Assembly (NCBI RefSeq): GCF_026210795.1
Contig: NC_089429.1
Coordinates: forward strand, 6,820,001-6,884,000
Length of the DNA stretch: 64,000 nucleotides
Reading direction: 5' to 3'
From: Rhizophagus irregularis
Lineage: Eukaryota
A program made the position numbers and the translations under genes. Under the pieces are notes generated by a model that had not been told where the DNA came from, ran no database searches, and saw only the letters and a program-made list of their open reading frames with translations. Numbering within the stretch: position 1 is the stretch's first letter; each line of letters starts with the position of its first letter. Of this stretch, positions 59,901 through 64,000 are shown in pieces.

Positions 59901-60150
59901 CACATTCTAGCAAAGGATCCTGACTTAGAGTCGTTCATCCATTATTCAGCAAAAAATTGCTTCGCGTCATTATCCTTCCGTGATAGCAGTAAAAGATAAA
60001 AAGTGACATATTTTCCTGCTGATATATACTCTCTAGTCCCTAGTTCTAAAAATGGGTATAATATTAAACTATTTTATAATGTTGCCTTTGCGAAAGTTCT
60101 ACCAGACTCTTGTCCACAATCTTGTAGCTCGTTACCAAATAATCAATACC
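57000..60150 (-). pseudogene. Probable Blm10/PA200 proteasome-activator relic with introns
   Basis: Colinear weak motifs: QDPKH...LSQHQF, LVKSCEYY....SWCRILNTFF..LT...RTEE (cf. HPSNxGxW), TEL-RTI, HV..LA.FLPNDS.KT (cf. LPGIDxNDxxKT), and IW| then NW..DIEEI (cf. WG...WHxPxxEEI). GT-AG introns present. Highly decayed. Confidence 0.5.
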
Positions 60151-63100
60151 TTCCCTTTAAAATTATTTCATTGAAATTACACTGTAAGTTGACTATTAAG
60201 CAATTGATATGAACGAAATAAAATATACAGTCAACTTATAAATGCACCCTTCTTGGGACCATATACATAATTTTTGTAATAGTGCATTTAGAGAGGGTGT
60301 GCATTTGTAGAGAGTAAATAATGAGTAAATACAACTATAACAATAAGAGTTGCATTATTGAGACTTGTAAAATGGATATTCCCGAGTACTCGTTATAGTA
60401 AAGTAAGGGTACGGTGAAAAGAAGGTTGGGAATAATGAAAAAAAAAGAGCTTAAAAGGAACATTTAAAATTTATAAACAACATACTCTATGTCGGTTGTT
60501 AAAAGTGTAATTTCAAATAATGTGAAAAAAGACGACTTGGCCCTCCTTCCGGAGCTGCATATATAATAAAGGAGGGCCAAATAAAAAGGAAGAATTAAGA
60601 AAAAAATACCTGGAAACAAAAGCAAAGCGCCAAGAGAGAAATGCATAGAACATCATCGGTGAGTACAGTCACGTGAGTCGGCATAACAAAGATGCAAAAA
60701 TGATTTTTGATAACAATTTTGGGGTTTGAAAAAAAAATTGAAATTCTCATTATTTGAGCTTGTGTTTCCAGGCCTAACTTCATCATACTCTAGATCCATA
60801 TACCAAAGAACCGGTATACTAAGAACCAAGTATGGTCAACAAGAGTGGATTAATCGATATTCAAAAATTTCTGTTGTTTCCAGAAAAAGTATTATTTAAG
60901 ATTATTATTGGTAAATTATAAAATGATAACATGCTGCTACATTTGACATACCAAAAATCCAATTTATGTATTAAGCGGATGATCAATACGTTTATTGAAC
61001 TTTTGAAACAAACAATAAAAGCCTTATCAAAAATTCTTTTGTTTGTTATTTCCCGATTTGATCACCCGCAGTTCCTTGTATACATTATCACGTATTATTT
61101 GTTGATCAAAGTTCTTTTTGTTTTTTCTTTCCTAATTCGATTTGATTACCCATAATTCCTTGTACGCTATTAGTTGTTGAATAAAGTAATGATCATCCTA
61201 ATATGCCGGAGCGTTGCATGTGAATCGGGACATAGGTATTTAAATTATTGATTGAAATCTTTATTTTATGGGCCCCTCAATTTTGATAAATATAAATGTG
61301 TCGGCGTATTGTTTATGGCTAATTTGATTGTACTGGAATTATGTTATATTAAAGAATATTAGAGATTGTATTTGGTACAATTCAACGATATATATAATTT
61401 TATTTGTATTGTAAGTGGTTAATGTTTCGTGAATTATTGTTCCCTTTTTTTTATCTCTATAGAACATAATCAGAATTTATCATCTTATGAATCACGTTTT
61501 TGATTGTTGGATTACTTATAAAAAGGTACCTTTTTCGTCTTCAGTTATTTTCCAAAAAAAATTTTTTTTTTTTAATAATTATCATTAACACTTAAATAAA
61601 TTCATCGCTCTCATCATAAAATATATTAACAACTCTAAATTGATATTTAAATAAATTGAATAAAAGATTCCCTGTTAACATTTCTTGCTCCATTGATTTC
61701 GAAAATCACCAATCCATTTTCTAATATCACACGATTATACCAGGAGTCTATAAAACGACTCCGTTATTATTTCTATTATTGTATTCATTATAAGAATCAT
61801 CTATTTATCATCTTGCCTTAACTTCTGCAGTATCCTTCTGCAGTATCTTTTTGGAAACGTATGGTTTCCTTTCACACTCCTTTAAATTCTTTTCCATTGT
61901 TTGCTAGAGAGGAAATGTCTTTAAGGATACAACACTTCTCAGTTTGCATAATAAGCAGTCGATTGAAAGATTGATTACATTCAATTTTGCCAATTACCAT
62001 AATAATATCGTAAGGAAAGGAGATTAGGATGAGGGTTAGGAAGGAGAATTAGCGTGTGATTATAGTGTAAGGGAAGGATATTAGGATAAAAGAGCTCCAA
62101 ATGGAAATGAAATCGAGTTTAAACATTTCCATGCAAAAACATGAATAGTCAATAGATTTAATTGACACTAGTATTAGAGGAAATGGCGCTTAAGCTTCCT
62201 TCTTGTTAGGAGTTTTGGATGAGTCAAATTCATCAAATTACCCATTAAATTGCTAGAATTTGTAGTGTATTTTAATCCTTATTTTCATAAGATGAGTAAA
62301 TCGATTTTTGGTGTAGAGATGAGTTAATTGATTTTGGTGTAGAGCAGCAATTCCTTTACTCTACGAAAAAAGCATCTACTTGATATGATATCATTTCTAT
62401 TGAATCTTCCTTGACAAATAAGTTCAATTTAGTTCTTGATTATCATAAAAATTATCATATAAATTATTATAATATTGACGTAACTTTGTTACGGTCGGTA
62501 CCTCTAATGAAAAAAATCTGATAAATGATCATTTTTCTAGTTTTTATTCTGAAAAAATAAAAAAAATTGAGATTCAAATTTTCTTTAATAAATAATTAAT
62601 AAATTGTTTTTTCTAAATATTTCAAAATTCACGTTTGATATCTTGAATAACATTTGATCACGGTAAAGCACGTGATCCCAGGTGTAAACAATAAATATGG
62701 ATCCCTTGTTTGACTCAAAATGACGCGACTAAATAAATTATTCTGCGCCTTACCTGTCTTTGTTACCGAAATAAGAAATTATTTCTACATCAGATTTTTG
62801 ATAAGGTCGTGATACTAGAAAATAAATCTAAATATAGAATACCTTAACCATATTAATAAACTTTTTTAAAAATACTTTCATCCGAATGGTAAAAATCATC
62901 TGAAAGAATTAAAAAATTTTTACAAAAATTACAAAAATTGGGGACTTGAAGTACAACAAAAATTTACGCCAGGACACGGGAACCGGGGACATAGCTGAAA
63001 AAGTAAAGACTTATCCTTTTTGATTATGCACATGCGTGGTCATGAGAATCATTTGAAAATAATATGCATAGTATTAACTTGTTTTAATTCAAACAATTTT

Positions 63101-64000
63101 TTTTTATCAATCATAACCTTATTATCGGATAAAGATACGAATTTTACCTTATGCTACAAAGAATATTTTCAATTTTCATGGGGAGTTGGAAATAATAGGG
63201 GTTTTTTCCCGTTCACAGAATCATTTTTCTGGATTATCTGACCCTCTCCTACTAATTAGTATTCATTAGTATATATCATTCATATTGATAATTTTTTTTT
63301 TACTTATTTTAAAATCTTCTCTTAAATTTTCCAGTTTAGACTTGGCGATGAATATATTTTAAGAATCCTTTCTTTTGACATGTATTTTTATCTTTGCCTT
63401 GAATATTTTATTTCTTCTAAAATAGATTTTTAAATGTTACATTTTTTTAATGTTTTGGATTTTTTAAGTGTTAATAACTAAAATATTATTCATAAAACAT
63501 CAGTATAAAGTCTAAAACCGGTTTAGAATATATTAGTCTTCATAATTATATGTGAGATATGCATGTCAATTTAAATAGGGTTAGCATTAAAAGATTTTCG
63601 TTGCGCCAACACATACTGTATATATATATTGTGGACAAGTTGTACAAGTTGTAAAAAATATTTTCACACGGAATTTGAAATATGTAACATAATTTACATA
63701 AATAGTTAATTGAATAAAAAACATATCACATTTTAAGAAATTGGTTACATAACTTGATTTGAATATACTATTTTAATTTTTTTGTATATAAATGTACATA
63801 TATGTATTATATATGTACATATACAAAAAAAATTAAAAATTTTCATCTTTGCTTTTTTGCTTTTGATATCGTAATTTATACGTATAGAGCCTTAACTTTT
63901 ATAAATTTTTTAACCTTCATTATGCCATACATGAGTTTTAGTAATAAACTATTATTAAATTTTATTAAACCTTAAACACTAAATGACAAAACCGTTTATT

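Noticed and set aside
28830..60150. Endogenous giant virus region (Top2 plus RFC genes)
   Set aside because: No capsid, packaging ATPase or viral polymerase was seen. The relics have spliceosomal introns and a eukaryotic BRCT-type RFC1.
60226..60315. pogo/Tigger-like left end (TA-CAGTCAAC..TAAATGCAC)
   Set aside because: No matching right TIR or TSD was found.
61690..61930. RdRP-like (DIRKWIGDF) or integrase-like (NGKEFKG) motif on the minus strand
   Set aside because: These are single short motifs in different frames with no supporting neighbouring motifs.

Overview
Very AT-rich, intron-containing eukaryotic DNA. The F-box family, transposon content and base composition suggest an arbuscular mycorrhizal fungus of the Rhizophagus type (inference, not a database result). 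Only one intact long gene is present: a single-exon F-box/LRR-type gene at 23911-25470. Bases 1-21 kb are a deeply nested stack of DNA transposons (a Tc1 element, a Helitron Rep-helicase, an autonomous hAT, several hAT MITEs and a 9-bp-TSD family), most with readable TIRs and target-site duplications. Bases 28-60 kb hold decayed copies of housekeeping genes that the ORF track misses: topoisomerase II, at least four RFC1 (clamp-loader large subunit) relics, two SRPBCC/START-fold gene copies inserted inside RFC1, and a probable Blm10/PA200 relic, plus LINE fragments and minisatellites. The most unusual element is a 203-bp poly(A)-tailed SINE (41365-41567, 15-bp TSD). Its tRNA-like Pol III A/B boxes are interleaved with what looks like an HDV-like self-cleaving ribozyme fold starting exactly at the element's first G. 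Protein assignments come from manual translation and motif recall, not from searches.
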